Source: Myxococcota bacterium | Lineage (GTDB): Bacteria > Myxococcota_A > Polyangia > Nannocystales > Nannocystaceae | Assembly (NCBI GenBank): GCA_039028615.1 | Contig: JBCCHT010000058.1 | Span: forward strand, 1 to 64,000 | Length of the DNA stretch: 64,000 nt | Direction: 5' to 3' | Part shown: positions 28,877 to 38,719 of the stretch, one piece after another | Numbering within the stretch: the first letter of the stretch is position 1 | Layout of the letters: each line of letters starts with the position of its first letter | The notes under the pieces: generated by a model | The model's input: only the letters and a program-made list of their open reading frames with translations | Database searches by the model: none | Told to the model about the DNA's origin: nothing | Made by a program: the position numbers and the translations under genes

Positions 28877-29215
28877 CTCCCGCCCCCCTTCACTCGCCCC
28901 CCGAGAGACAACCGCTTCCCTTCATCATCCTCAACCCCGCCGCCTTCAACCACATCACCACGAACACACCCCTGGACGACTTCACCCACACTCGCTCGAC
29001 CAACCCGCCGAACCCGCCAAACAAGATCACCTTGGAACCGGGCAGGGCCCACGCCGACTCTCGAACGGGAGACCGAGTGCGGGGAGGGCTGAAGCGAAGC
29101 CGCGTAGGATGGAGGGGGCCCGGTCGCGCGGAGGCGGCCGCGTACAGCCTTCGAGAAACACTCGGGTGCTACGGCCGCCGAGCACGTCCGGGGAGGGTTC
29201 CATCCGTTAAACAGG

Positions 29216-29530
29216 CGAGCCCTCCGCTCGAATTCAGCAGACCCCCCGGCCCCACGAAACCGCCGGTCCGAGCAGACCGCAATCAACCCCGAGCCCCCGG
29301 CTCAAGTTCGGCAAACCGCCGGGGCGCACGAAACCGCCGGTCCAAGCAGACCGCGATCAACCTCGAGCCTCCGGCTCAAGTTCGGCAAACCGCCGGGGCG
29401 CACGAAACCGCCGGTCCAAGCAGACCGCGATCAACCTCGAGCCCTCCGTTTGAATTTCGGTAGCCCCCGGGTCGCCCGAAGCACCCGGCCTCAGCCGCAC
29501 GCATCAACCCCGAGCCCCGCTCGAATTCGA
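29216..29530. repeat. Non-coding 74-bp tandem repeat (about 2.6 near-identical units plus degenerate flanks, 4-5 units in all)
   Basis: cacgaaaccgccggtcc(a/g)agcagaccgc(a/g)atcaacc... starts at 29253, 29327 and 29401; cgagccc..gctcgaattc-like half units at about 29216 and 29511. Confidence 0.9.
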
Positions 29531-29582
29531 CAGGACCCCCACATCGGAAGCACCCGGTTCTCAACCGGGCGCCGTCAATTTC

Positions 29583-30317
29583 TCAGGCCCCCGCCAACAC
29601 CGCAGCCACCTGCGGCACCACATGATTCGCGAGCACCTTCGCCCCACTCCGCGTGTAGTGCACCCCATCCCCAGCCCGCACCGTCACGCGCTTCCCGTCG
29701 ACCAGCAGACGCTCGGCATAGTTGCCCTTCTTGTCCGCCAGCACCGACCAGGTGTCGATGAAGTGCCCGCCCTCGCGAGCCTCCATGCTCGCCTGGAAGA
29801 TCCCGTTCATTCGTTCCATGCGCGACTTGAGCTTGTTCGAGCGCATGACGGGCATCCCCACCCAGAACACGTGCTCGCCGTTGGGCGCGACCGCTTCGGC
29901 GAATTGCTTCACCCGACGCCCGTACTCCTCCGACCAGCCTTCTTCTTGCCAGCGAATCCACTGCGGGTCCGCCTTACGCCCCATGTGCAGCCCCTGCCCG
30001 TCGTTGCCGCCGAACATGCACACGGTCGCGATGGGCGACTCGCTCTCGTACAGGCTCGCCGCTTGCCCGGGCCAGTCGTAGAAGTCCGGCCGGGCCAGCC
30101 CGGTGCTGCTCTTGGCGTGCCGGGTCGCAGAAAACCCGGCTTCGACCAGGCCATCTTCGATGAAGCGACCCACCGCGCCGACCATGGCGCTGCCACCGAT
30201 GACCATGACCGTGCCCGCCTCGGTACGGGCGGCATGAACTCGCCCGGGGAGGAGCATCGAGCCAAGGCCGGCGGAAGCGCCAAGGAGGAATGATCGACGT
30301 TGGATCGCGCCAGACAT
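29583..30317 (-). CDS. SGNH/GDSL-type hydrolase (DUF459-like), Tat-exported
   Basis: QRRSFLLG twin-arginine signal; IGGSAM, STGLARPDFYDW, MFGGND, WVGMP, DGVHYT. Confidence 0.85.
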   Translation of the reverse strand: MSGAIQRRSFLLGASAGLGSMLLPGRVHAARTEAGTVMVIGGSAMVGAVGRFIEDGLVEAGFSATRHAKSSTGLARPDFYDWPGQAASLYESESPIATVCMFGGNDGQGLHMGRKADPQWIRWQEEGWSEEYGRRVKQFAEAVAPNGEHVFWVGMPVMRSNKLKSRMERMNGIFQASMEAREGGHFIDTWSVLADKKGNYAERLLVDGKRVTVRAGDGVHYTRSGAKVLANHVVPQVAAVLAGA

Positions 30318-30460
30318 CACGGCCTCATGGAATACCAACTGCTCGGGCTCCGCAAAATCCCGTCGAGGAGGAAGGTCTGGAGCCAAATTCGCAGGGAAGA
30401 GTCGTTCGAGTGTGCGCATTGAGGGGGGCTTTGCTCCGACATGTGATAGAAACGGGGCGG

Positions 30461-31468
30461 ATGGCGCGCGAAGTCACCCTTGTCGATGCCGGGATCGGAA
30501 ACCTCGCCAGCGTTGAGCGCGCCCTGATTCAGGTCGGGGCGGGTGTGCGCGTGACGAGCGATCCCGACAAGGTCGCCACCTCTCGAATGGTGGTATTTCC
30601 TGGCCAAAGCGCTTTTGGCCCCGTTTCTCAGGCCATCGTGGATGGCGCAATGGGCGCGGCTCTGAAGATGGTCATCGAGCGGGGCGACCCGTTCCTGGGC
30701 ATCTGCATGGGCATGCAGCTGCTGTTCGATGGCAGCGACGAAAACGGCGGTCAGGAGGGCCTGCGGGTGCTTCCAGGGCGTTGTCGCCGGTTCCCGAGCA
30801 ATCGCGAGGAGAAGGCGGAGCCCGGTGCGACCCACGTCGACCCGTCGCCAGCCAGCGCGACCGGCGATGACGTGGCTCCGCCGCAGTCGGTGGCCCAAAG
30901 CCCCGCGCAGACGGCCAGCCCCGCGCAGCAGGCCCCGAGCCCCGCTCCCGTGACCCAGGCGCCGAGTTCGGCTCCGATGGCGCAAGCGACCCCGAGCCAG
31001 AGCGCGCCTTCGCCCGCCACCCAGGCCCCCGCGGGCACCGTGTCGGCCGAGCAAAACGGGGGCATCCCCGCGCCTCCGCCGTGGGGCGCGTCGCAGTCGC
31101 CCGAGGGCACCACGTCGGCCGATGCCGTGCAGCAGACGGCCGCACCCGAGCCCGCCGCGCCCGAGCCCGCCGTGCAGCAAGCACCCGAGCCCGAGCCGGC
31201 TCCCGCTCCGCTCATGCGCCGGATCAAGGTCCCGCACATGGGGTGGAACGAGGTCGAGCCGACCGGCGATCACTACTACTTCGTGCACAGCTTCTACGTG
31301 GAGCCAGGGCGCTCCGAGGACGTGATGTGGATGTCTCGCTACGGCGGCATTCGCTTCCCGGCCGCCGTTCGAAGAGGCAACGTGCTCGGCTGCCAATTCC
31401 ATCCCGAAAAGAGCCAGAGGGCAGGCCTTCGGTTCTTGAGAGCGTTCTTGCTCGGGGGCTGGGGATGA
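30461..31468 (+). CDS. hisH: Imidazole glycerol phosphate synthase glutaminase subunit with a long low-complexity insertion
   Basis: [36 protein letters not shown]; coupled to hisA. Confidence 0.9.
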   Translation: MAREVTLVDAGIGNLASVERALIQVGAGVRVTSDPDKVATSRMVVFPGQSAFGPVSQAIVDGAMGAALKMVIERGDPFLGICMGMQLLFDGSDENGGQEGLRVLPGRCRRFPSNREEKAEPGATHVDPSPASATGDDVAPPQSVAQSPAQTASPAQQAPSPAPVTQAPSSAPMAQATPSQSAPSPATQAPAGTVSAEQNGGIPAPPPWGASQSPEGTTSADAVQQTAAPEPAAPEPAVQQAPEPEPAPAPLMRRIKVPHMGWNEVEPTGDHYYFVHSFYVEPGRSEDVMWMSRYGGIRFPAAVRRGNVLGCQFHPEKSQRAGLRFLRAFLLGGWG

Positions 31469-32184
31469 TCATCATTCCCGCCATCGATCTGATGGGCGGC
31501 AAGGTGGTCCGACTGGAGCAAGGCGAAGCCAGCCGCGCGACGGAGTACAGCGACCGGCCAGTTCGGATGGTGACCGACTTCGCCCGCAAGGGTGCGAAGC
31601 GCATCCACGTGGTCGATCTCGACGGCGCCTTCGGGGGCAAGCCCGCCCAGCTCAAGCTCATCTCCGAGCTGTCCGACGCAGCCCAGGCCCATGGCGCCGT
31701 GGTGCAGACGGGCGGAGGCATCCGCGACCCGCAGGCGGTGGAGACCTTGCTCGAGGCCGGCACCGGTGCGGTGGTGGTCGGCACGCTCGCGGTGCGGCAT
31801 CCCGACATCGTCGAGCAGCTGTGCCACGCCCATCCCGATCGGATCATTGTGGCCGCGGACTCGCGCGACGGCAAAGTCGCGGTCGAAGGCTGGACGGAAG
31901 CCTCGAATCAATCTGCTCGAGCGCTGACCGAGGCGGCCCAGAAATGGGGCGCGGGCGGGGTGCTCTTCACCGACGTTTCGCGGGACGGCATGCAGGGGGG
32001 GCCGGCCGTGGAAGCGACCGCCGAGCTGCAGCGGGGGCTGAACATCCCCGTCTATGCCAGCGGCGGCGTCGGTCGTCTCGAAGATCTCGACGCCTGCGCC
32101 GCTGCGGGGATCCGCGGCGTGATCGTAGGTCGTGCGCTCTACGAAGGAGCGTTCACTCTGGAGGAGGCCTTGGCCCGATGTTGA
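31465..32184 (+). CDS. hisA: ProFAR isomerase
   Basis: [52 protein letters not shown]. Confidence 0.95.
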   Translation: MIIIPAIDLMGGKVVRLEQGEASRATEYSDRPVRMVTDFARKGAKRIHVVDLDGAFGGKPAQLKLISELSDAAQAHGAVVQTGGGIRDPQAVETLLEAGTGAVVVGTLAVRHPDIVEQLCHAHPDRIIVAADSRDGKVAVEGWTEASNQSARALTEAAQKWGAGGVLFTDVSRDGMQGGPAVEATAELQRGLNIPVYASGGVGRLEDLDACAAAGIRGVIVGRALYEGAFTLEEALARC

Positions 32185-32975
32185 AGCGACGCATCATCCC
32201 CTGCCTGGACATCAAGAACGGTCGGGTCGTCAAAGGGGTGCACTTCGGTGGCCTGCGTGACGCCGGCGACCCGGTCGAAGCTGCCCGTGCCTACGACGCC
32301 CAGGGGGCAGACGAGATCTGCCTGCTCGACATCACCGCCACCACCGAGGGGCGCGAGACCTTCGTGGAGGTCGTGCGCCGCGTGGCGCCCCAGCTGTTCG
32401 TGCCGCTCACCGTGGGCGGTGGCATCCGCCGCGCCGAGGACGTGCGACGCCTGCTCAACGCGGGCGCCGACAAGGTCGCGATCAACAGCGCGGCCGTGGC
32501 CAATCCCTTGCTCATCAAGCGGGTCTCCGAGCGCTACGGCTCGCAGGCGATCGTGGGGGCGGTCGACGTCAAGCGCATGCCGCCACTGGCCGGCGATCGC
32601 GATCCGCTCTACGAAGTGGTCATCCACGGTGGAACCCGCTCGACCGGCCTCGACGCCATTCACTGGTGCGAGCAGCTGGCCGAGCTCGGGGTCGGCGAGA
32701 TCCTGCTGACCAGCATGGATCGCGACGGCACCCGCGACGGCTACGACCTGTGGATCACCCGCGAGATCTCGCGCCGCGTCTCGGTGCCCGTCATCGCCAG
32801 CGGTGGTGTGGGCAGCCTCGACCACATCCGCGCGGGCCTGGCCACGGGCGAAGGCTCGGCCGACGCTGCCCTGGCCGCGTCGATCTTCCACTTTGGCCTG
32901 TACACCATCGCCCAGGCCAAGCGGTTCCTGCTCGAGAGCAACATCCCGGTTCGGCCGCCCGAGACGCGGGGCTGA
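32178..32975 (+). CDS. hisF: Imidazole glycerol phosphate synthase cyclase subunit
   Basis: [53 protein letters not shown]. Confidence 0.97.
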   Translation: MLKRRIIPCLDIKNGRVVKGVHFGGLRDAGDPVEAARAYDAQGADEICLLDITATTEGRETFVEVVRRVAPQLFVPLTVGGGIRRAEDVRRLLNAGADKVAINSAAVANPLLIKRVSERYGSQAIVGAVDVKRMPPLAGDRDPLYEVVIHGGTRSTGLDAIHWCEQLAELGVGEILLTSMDRDGTRDGYDLWITREISRRVSVPVIASGGVGSLDHIRAGLATGEGSADAALAASIFHFGLYTIAQAKRFLLESNIPVRPPETRG

Positions 32976-33037
32976 GTCGCGCACGGTGACATTGGGCCCG
33001 CCCGGAATTCGTTCCGGGCGGAGCGTCGGAGGATGGC

Positions 33038-33556
33038 TCAGTCGCCGGAGCTGCTCGAGGAGCCGCCGCCGTCGCTGCTACTGCTGCTCTCGCCGCCGCC
33101 GGGCCCGGAGCTGCTGCTGCCCGCCATGCCGGTGGTGGGGTCGGGCTCGGTCGTGTTCGAGGGGCCGTCGTCACTCGTGCTGTCCGCTGCCGTCGTGCCC
33201 GCCGTGTCGGAGCCGCTGCCCGCGGTGCCGCTGCTGCTGCCCGAAGCACCGCCCGTGGCCGGAGGCCCCTGGGACACCGCGGCGGGCGAGCAGTCGCACT
33301 CGCCGAAGCCCGAGCCGTCGGCGCTGCACGTCCGCACGCCATCGAGCTCGTCCGGGCAATCGCAGGGCTGCGTCTCACCCGGTACGCACGCCCACGGCGG
33401 CACGTCGATCGGCCCGTCCGCGGTCGTACTATTCATCGGCTCGCCCGAAGAGCCCGAGCACGACGACACCAGCGCCAGCATCCCGAAGCACGCCGCCGCC
33501 CCGAAGGGAAGGGTCCGCGCGCGGGTCGATGGGCTCGGCTGTCCTGCTCGCATCAT
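33038..33556 (-). CDS. Small lipoprotein with Cys module and Ser/Gly/Thr-rich tail
   Basis: LVSSC lipobox; CVPGETQPCDCPD..GVRTCSADGSGFGECDC module. Confidence 0.65.
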   Translation of the reverse strand: MMRAGQPSPSTRARTLPFGAAACFGMLALVSSCSGSSGEPMNSTTADGPIDVPPWACVPGETQPCDCPDELDGVRTCSADGSGFGECDCSPAAVSQGPPATGGASGSSSGTAGSGSDTAGTTAADSTSDDGPSNTTEPDPTTGMAGSSSSGPGGGESSSSSDGGGSSSSSGD

Positions 33557-33692
33557 CGGCCCCGAATCCTAGCAGGCCCCCGCCGCCCGCGTGCTCCGGG
33601 GCTGAGATCGAGCGCACACGACCTGGTGAAACCTCCCGGTCATGCAGAGGCGGGCTACGGGAACTTCGGGGGGCTGGTAGGCTCCGGCCGGT

Positions 33693-34385
33693 ATGAGCCT
33701 CGATGCCCAAGCCCTGTGGGCGCGGCTGAAGCCCGATGCGAGCGGGCTGGTGACCGCGGTGGTCCAACACGATCAGACGGGACAGGTCCTGATGGTCGGC
33801 TACATGAACGCCGAGGCGCTGCATGCCACGCTCGAACATCGACGGGTGACGTTTTGGAGCCGCAGTCGCAACGAGCTGTGGGAGAAGGGAATGACCAGCG
33901 GCAACACGTTGAACCTCGCGGATGTGCGGGTCGACTGTGACGCGGACGCGATCCTGGTGCGTGCCCGCCCGGTGGGGCCGACGTGCCACACGGGAGCGAC
34001 GAGCTGCTTCTTTCGTCGCGTCGAGGGGCAGGACGCAAACGCGCTGCCCGAAGACGACGGGCCCTCGCCCGGAGCGACGCCGACCTTCGAGCGCGTGTTC
34101 CAGGTGATCCTCGATCGGCAGGCGGGTCGCGGCATGACCAACGCGGACGGCAAGAGCTACGTCCGCCGCCTGCTCGACCGCGGCGCCCCCAAGATCAACT
34201 CGAAGATCAGCGAAGAGGCGGGCGAGCTGTGCGAGGCCATCGAAAACGAGAGCGACGAGCGAGTCGCATCGGAGACGGCGGATCTGCTGTTTCACGCGAT
34301 GGTCGGGCTGGCGCACCGTGGCCTGTCGATCGACGACGTGGCGCGGGTGCTGGCGGGGCGCTTTGGCACCAGCGGCGTCGACTAA
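33693..34385 (+). CDS. hisIE: Bifunctional phosphoribosyl-AMP cyclohydrolase / phosphoribosyl-ATP pyrophosphatase
   Basis: WSRSR..LWEKG.TSGN, DCDADA, PTCHTGATSCF, KISEEAGE, ETADLLFH. Confidence 0.95.
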   Translation: MSLDAQALWARLKPDASGLVTAVVQHDQTGQVLMVGYMNAEALHATLEHRRVTFWSRSRNELWEKGMTSGNTLNLADVRVDCDADAILVRARPVGPTCHTGATSCFFRRVEGQDANALPEDDGPSPGATPTFERVFQVILDRQAGRGMTNADGKSYVRRLLDRGAPKINSKISEEAGELCEAIENESDERVASETADLLFHAMVGLAHRGLSIDDVARVLAGRFGTSGVD

Positions 34386-34556
34386 AAAGCGAGTCGCTCG
34401 TCCACGCCCGCGTCCGACGCGTGAACCCGCGGCGCGGCCAAATGGCGCCTGCGGCCCGCTACGCGGGGTCGTGAGGGCGATGGCGCCGGGTTCCACGCCC
34501 ACGCGCCTCGCCCCCGCTTCTCTGTTCGCGAACAGATCGCTATCCTCGGCGCCGCA

Positions 34557-35189
34557 GTGGAGGCCCTCGTCCACCACGTCGCCGTCTGGGTCGTCGCGGC
34601 GTACGCCTTCGCAGCGATCCCCGTCGGGTTGGTGGTGGGGAAGCTCCGCGGCATCGACATTCGCTCGATCGGTTCGGGCAACATCGGGGCGACCAATGCC
34701 ACGCGCGCTCTCGGGCCGCGGCTGGGCATGCTGGTGCTCGCGCTCGATGTGGCGAAGGCCGCTATGCCCGTCGTGGTGGCGCGCCAGAGCTTTGCGCTGG
34801 GGGCCAGCGATCCGTGGCCGATCGCGGCGGTGGGCCTGGCCGCGGTGCTGGGACACATCTTCCCGATCTATCTCGGCTTCCGGGGCGGCAAGGGGGTCGC
34901 GTGCGCGCTCGGGGTGTTCCTCGCCGTGGACCCGCCGGTCGCGCTCGGCGCGCTAATCATGTACGTGCACGGGCTGGTGCTGACCCGGACGTCGGCCATT
35001 GGGTCGCTCACGGCGGTGACCTCGATGAGCGTGGCGGTGGTCTTGGCGGACAAACCGCTCGCCTACCAGGCGCTGACGCTCGCGATTGCCGCGGTCATCT
35101 GGATCCGCCACACGAGCAACGTTCGCGGTCTGGTCGCCGAGGCGAAAGCACGAAAACGCGCCGCTGCGAACACGCCGCCGTCGGGTTAA
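34557..35189 (+). CDS. plsY: Glycerol-3-phosphate acyltransferase
   Basis: DIRSIGSGNIGATNATR, DVAKA, GHIFP..LGFRGGKGVA, RHTSN. Confidence 0.95.
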   Translation: MEALVHHVAVWVVAAYAFAAIPVGLVVGKLRGIDIRSIGSGNIGATNATRALGPRLGMLVLALDVAKAAMPVVVARQSFALGASDPWPIAAVGLAAVLGHIFPIYLGFRGGKGVACALGVFLAVDPPVALGALIMYVHGLVLTRTSAIGSLTAVTSMSVAVVLADKPLAYQALTLAIAAVIWIRHTSNVRGLVAEAKARKRAAANTPPSG

Positions 35190-35334
35190 ACCGGGTCGAT
35201 CCGATCCGCTGACATTGTCCTGACGGGGTTCTCAGACCCCGAAGAACGTTGATCTACGGCGAATGTTCGGGCGACGAACCGCTGGCCAAATTGCCGTGAG
35301 GTCGCTAACCTGCGGGTAGGAGGTCCGAGTACCA

Positions 35335-35568
35335 GTGCATACCCTCTACATCGGCGGCCTACCCAGCGACGCGAGCGACCAAACTCTCCAGAGCTTGTTC
35401 GGAGAGATTTCGGGTCTCACTTCGGTCCGGGTGGTCACCAGTGACGCGGGAGATTGCCGTGGTTTTGGGTACGTGACCTTCAACAGCCGCAACGCGGTGC
35501 ACGAGGCTCGTCGCCTCGACGGAACCCCCATCGGCGAGCACACCCTTCGCGTCGCCGTGGCCCGTTGA
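35335..35568 (+). CDS. RRM-domain RNA-binding protein
   Basis: RNP2 LYIGGL and RNP1 RGFGYVTF; aggagg RBS. Confidence 0.88.
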   Translation: MHTLYIGGLPSDASDQTLQSLFGEISGLTSVRVVTSDAGDCRGFGYVTFNSRNAVHEARRLDGTPIGEHTLRVAVAR

Positions 35569-35778
35569 GAGCCGGCCCGCAGGCAGGTCGGCCCGTTTGA
35601 TCGAGCGCGTGTTCGATCGGCGGGCTTCGCCAATTCGTGCGGGTAGGCGCTGACCCGCCGGCCAGTCAGCAGCTCGCTTCAGCGCGCGGCCAGGGGCGAA
35701 TCTCGACGTCTTCGGCGTCTTGTCGCGGGGCCGATCGGCATCGATGCCGGGTGACCGCGGCGGGCCAACGCAACGACT

Positions 35779-36081
35779 TTGCGTGGCGGTCGACTACGGT
35801 GCGTGCTCACCCTCTCGGCCATCGTGTTCCTGCGCTTCGCCGCGCCGAGCATGCCGTGCGTCGCCGACTGCGATCGTCACTGCGAGGACTGCGAGATCGA
35901 GTGCTTCGAGGCCTGCGAGGAGCACTGCGACGGGCCCGACTGCGTGGCCGCATGCGTCCCCCGGTGTCGTCGGTCGTGTCGAAGCTGCGACCGCTTCTGC
36001 CGTCGCCACTTGGCGTGCCCGTCGGGTCCGTGCCGCTCTCGATCACGCCGACGCCGTCGAGCACGTACCATGCGCCGGTGA
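35779..36081 (+). CDS. Small Cys-rich secreted peptide (CX3C ladder)
   Basis: Hydrophobic leader, 15 regularly spaced Cys, high GC3; stop overlaps the next GTG (GTGA). Start may be GTG 35803. Confidence 0.55.
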   Translation: MRGGRLRCVLTLSAIVFLRFAAPSMPCVADCDRHCEDCEIECFEACEEHCDGPDCVAACVPRCRRSCRSCDRFCRRHLACPSGPCRSRSRRRRRARTMRR

Positions 36082-36470
36082 CTCCCCTTCGCGTCGCCGG
36101 GTTGCTCGTCGTGCTGGCCACGACCGGCTGCCTCGAGAACCTCAACCAGCAAAAGTACTTCGAGAAGCTCGAGGCCGCCGATCCCTCGCTCGCGCAGCGC
36201 GTGCGGACCCATCGGGAGTCGATTGAGCGTCGGCTGGGCGAGGCACTCGCGGCGGAGTCTCCCGATCCCATCGTGCACGTGGGGTACTGGGGCGAGACCT
36301 GGGACCTCGTGCGGCGGGTGACCGACGGCGAGCGCTTGTTCATGCGCGGGCGCCTGTTTCACGAAGGCGTGCCCGCCAGCACCTACTACCTGTCCTTCAC
36401 CGTGGCCGACGACGGCACGGTCGGGGACTTGGACGCACGCGTGTACTCGATGCGGGGGCTGGGCCAATGA
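36078..36470 (+). CDS. Hypothetical lipoprotein
   Basis: GTG start; LLVVLATTGC lipobox; ATGA overlap with the next gene. Confidence 0.7.
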   Translation: MTPLRVAGLLVVLATTGCLENLNQQKYFEKLEAADPSLAQRVRTHRESIERRLGEALAAESPDPIVHVGYWGETWDLVRRVTDGERLFMRGRLFHEGVPASTYYLSFTVADDGTVGDLDARVYSMRGLGQ

Positions 36471-37075
36471 TCCGCGTACTCGTGGCCATCGTGGGGCTGA
36501 CGGCCTGGCTCACCACCGCGCTGGGCCTGCGGGCGTGGTTCGGCGGCAAGGCCTATCTCGCGGCGTGGTTCGGCTCGGAGGCGCGGGCCGACCTGCTCTT
36601 CGAACGCGCCCTCGAGTACCCCACCGCAGACCTGCTCGGCCTCGATCCTCTGCCCTTGCTGGCGGTGACCGCATTTTCCGTCTCGGCGGTGTTGGTGATC
36701 GTCTTGTTGTTGCCCATCGATCTGCTGCTGCGACGGCTGAAGGTCGGCGTACCCGTGCGCATGATCGTGGGTGCATTGATCGGCGTCGGGGCGGCGGGGG
36801 CCGTGCTGCTGTCCATCCATCCGTTGCTGTCGATGCCCGAGGTGCCCGAGGGTCCGCGGACGCTGCTCAACTATGCCTGCGAAGGGGCGGGCTACGGGTG
36901 GGTCAATGCCATTGCGCATGGCGGCGCCATCCTGACGGGACTCGGCTTTGCGTTTGCGGGTCGAACGCCCGACGCGTCCGCGGATGCGCCATCGCCCTCG
37001 ACCGACGACGACGCGGAAGCGGCCGCTGAAGCACCGTCCGAGTCGCCCGACGCGGCCGAACAATCACCCGCGTAG
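36467..37075 (+). CDS. Hypothetical 4-TM membrane protein
   Basis: Four hydrophobic segments and an acidic tail. Confidence 0.7.
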   Translation: MIRVLVAIVGLTAWLTTALGLRAWFGGKAYLAAWFGSEARADLLFERALEYPTADLLGLDPLPLLAVTAFSVSAVLVIVLLLPIDLLLRRLKVGVPVRMIVGALIGVGAAGAVLLSIHPLLSMPEVPEGPRTLLNYACEGAGYGWVNAIAHGGAILTGLGFAFAGRTPDASADAPSPSTDDDAEAAAEAPSESPDAAEQSPA

Positions 37076-37332
37076 CGCCGAGCAACGCACTGTCGTGCGT
37101 GCTCGGCTTCGACCACGGCATCGCGCGACGAACCGAATTGTCGAGCACGCCGCACTTCAGGTGCCGCGCGTCACCAGGGCGACGTCCACCGAACGTCTCT
37201 ACGTCGCCATCCGCGGCCTTTTGTTACGGGCCCCGCCACCGACGGGGTGGTAGACCTACTGCAGCCGCGGCGCGCACGGGCGGTCCCTTCTTTGCCCGCG
37301 CGACGCGAACGCAATTCCCGGGGGGGAACAGC

Positions 37333-38715
37333 ATGCAGCGAACCATCATGTCCGTGGGTCCACGAACGACGTCCGCGCGCCCCGTACGAATCGGCCTTCC
37401 GCCGCTCACGCTCGTGGGCGCCCTGCTCATCGCGTGTGGCGGGGGCACCGCGAGCGACGGTGACACCTCGGGGGGCGGCATCGCCAGCCTCAGCGACACG
37501 GGGATGACCACCGCGATGGAGAGCGAAGGGGCCGACGAGTCCCAAGGCTCGGCCAAGCTCGACGCCGCGGGAGGCAGCGCCACGGCGGGCGGCGGTGATT
37601 GCCCAGGCAGCGGCGGAGGCATGCCCGGCGATCTCGAGTTCAGCAACATCTGGATCGCGAACACCCCCGACGGCACCGTCTCCAAGATCGACACGATGAG
37701 CGGCGTGGAGATCGGGCGCTATGCGACGGGCGCAGACTCCAGCTCCGATCCCTCGCGAACCTCGGTGAACCTGCTCGGCGACGTGGCGGTGGTCAATCGT
37801 GCGGGCGGCTCGGTGATCAAGATCGCGGCCGTCGAGGACCGCTGCGTCGATGCCAACGGCGACGGCGTCATCCAGACGTCGACCGGGCCCCAAGACGTGC
37901 TGCCCTGGGGGCAGGACGAGTGCGTGCTGTGGGAGACCCCGCTGTTTACCGGAGCACGGGCCGCGGCGTGGGACTCGGGCAACGATCCAGAAAATGTCGA
38001 CGACATGGGATGCATCGTGGTCGATCCGTTGTTGTGGGTCAGTGCGATGGACGAGAGCAACACGGTGCACGTGTGGCGCCTCGACGGCGAGACGGGCGAG
38101 ATGCTCGACGAGGTCACCTCGCCCGGCTGGACCGGGGGCTGGGGGGGCGTCTACGGGGGCGCCACCGACCGCGATCGCGGGTTCTGGGCCGCGGGCAAGG
38201 ACAACACCGTGCTCGTGCACGTCGACGCCGAGACCCTCGAACTCACCGTGCACGATGCCCCCGGCTACGAGCGCTTCTACGGCATCGCGATGGACGCCGA
38301 CGGCACGCCGTGGGTGGCCTCGGAGTACGACGATCGCCTCCTGCACTTCGATCGCGTCGCCGAGCAGTTCGTCGACCACGGGCCGACCGGGCACGACAGC
38401 CTGCGGGGGCTGGCCATCGACGGCGAGGGCAACGCCTGGATCGCCGCCAACAACCCTTGCGACCTGGTGCACTTCGATCTGGCCACGGGGGCCTACCAGA
38501 ACATCGCTCTGCCCGATTGCGGCACGCCGGTCGGCGTCAGCATCGACGTGGAGGGCTTCATCTGGGTCGTCGATCAGGGCTCCGACCGGGCCTACAAAGT
38601 TGATCCCAACACCACGGCGGTGATCAGCACCGTCACCGGGCTGTCCGGGCCCTATACTTACTCGGACATGACGGGGGCGGGTCTGAGTCTCGTCACCAAT
38701 CCACCACCGGGGTGA
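37333..38715 (+). CDS. Vgb-lyase-like beta-propeller lipoprotein
   Basis: LLIAC lipobox; IWIAN...GTVSKIDT, PSRTSV, YGIAMDADG, RGLAIDGEG, GVSID, PYTYSDMTG. Confidence 0.8.
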   Translation: MQRTIMSVGPRTTSARPVRIGLPPLTLVGALLIACGGGTASDGDTSGGGIASLSDTGMTTAMESEGADESQGSAKLDAAGGSATAGGGDCPGSGGGMPGDLEFSNIWIANTPDGTVSKIDTMSGVEIGRYATGADSSSDPSRTSVNLLGDVAVVNRAGGSVIKIAAVEDRCVDANGDGVIQTSTGPQDVLPWGQDECVLWETPLFTGARAAAWDSGNDPENVDDMGCIVVDPLLWVSAMDESNTVHVWRLDGETGEMLDEVTSPGWTGGWGGVYGGATDRDRGFWAAGKDNTVLVHVDAETLELTVHDAPGYERFYGIAMDADGTPWVASEYDDRLLHFDRVAEQFVDHGPTGHDSLRGLAIDGEGNAWIAANNPCDLVHFDLATGAYQNIALPDCGTPVGVSIDVEGFIWVVDQGSDRAYKVDPNTTAVISTVTGLSGPYTYSDMTGAGLSLVTNPPPG

Positions 38716-38719
38716 TGAT

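Noticed and set aside
28873..29463. 196-aa ORF across the repeat region
   Set aside because: The 74-bp period breaks frame consistency and codon usage is atypical; likely non-coding.
29216..29530. Possible CRISPR array
   Set aside because: Whole units repeat with no unique spacers, and there are no cas genes in the window.
30797..31222. Intein or mobile intron in hisH
   Set aside because: No intein terminal motifs (C/S...HN) or endonuclease signature; purely low complexity.
33585..33660. TPP-riboswitch-like words (gtgc...gctgaga...acct...ggtcatgc) upstream of hisIE
   Set aside because: P2, P4 and P5 pairings and the ACCUGA core cannot be built, and the context is not thiamine-related. An Rfam RF00059 scan would settle it.
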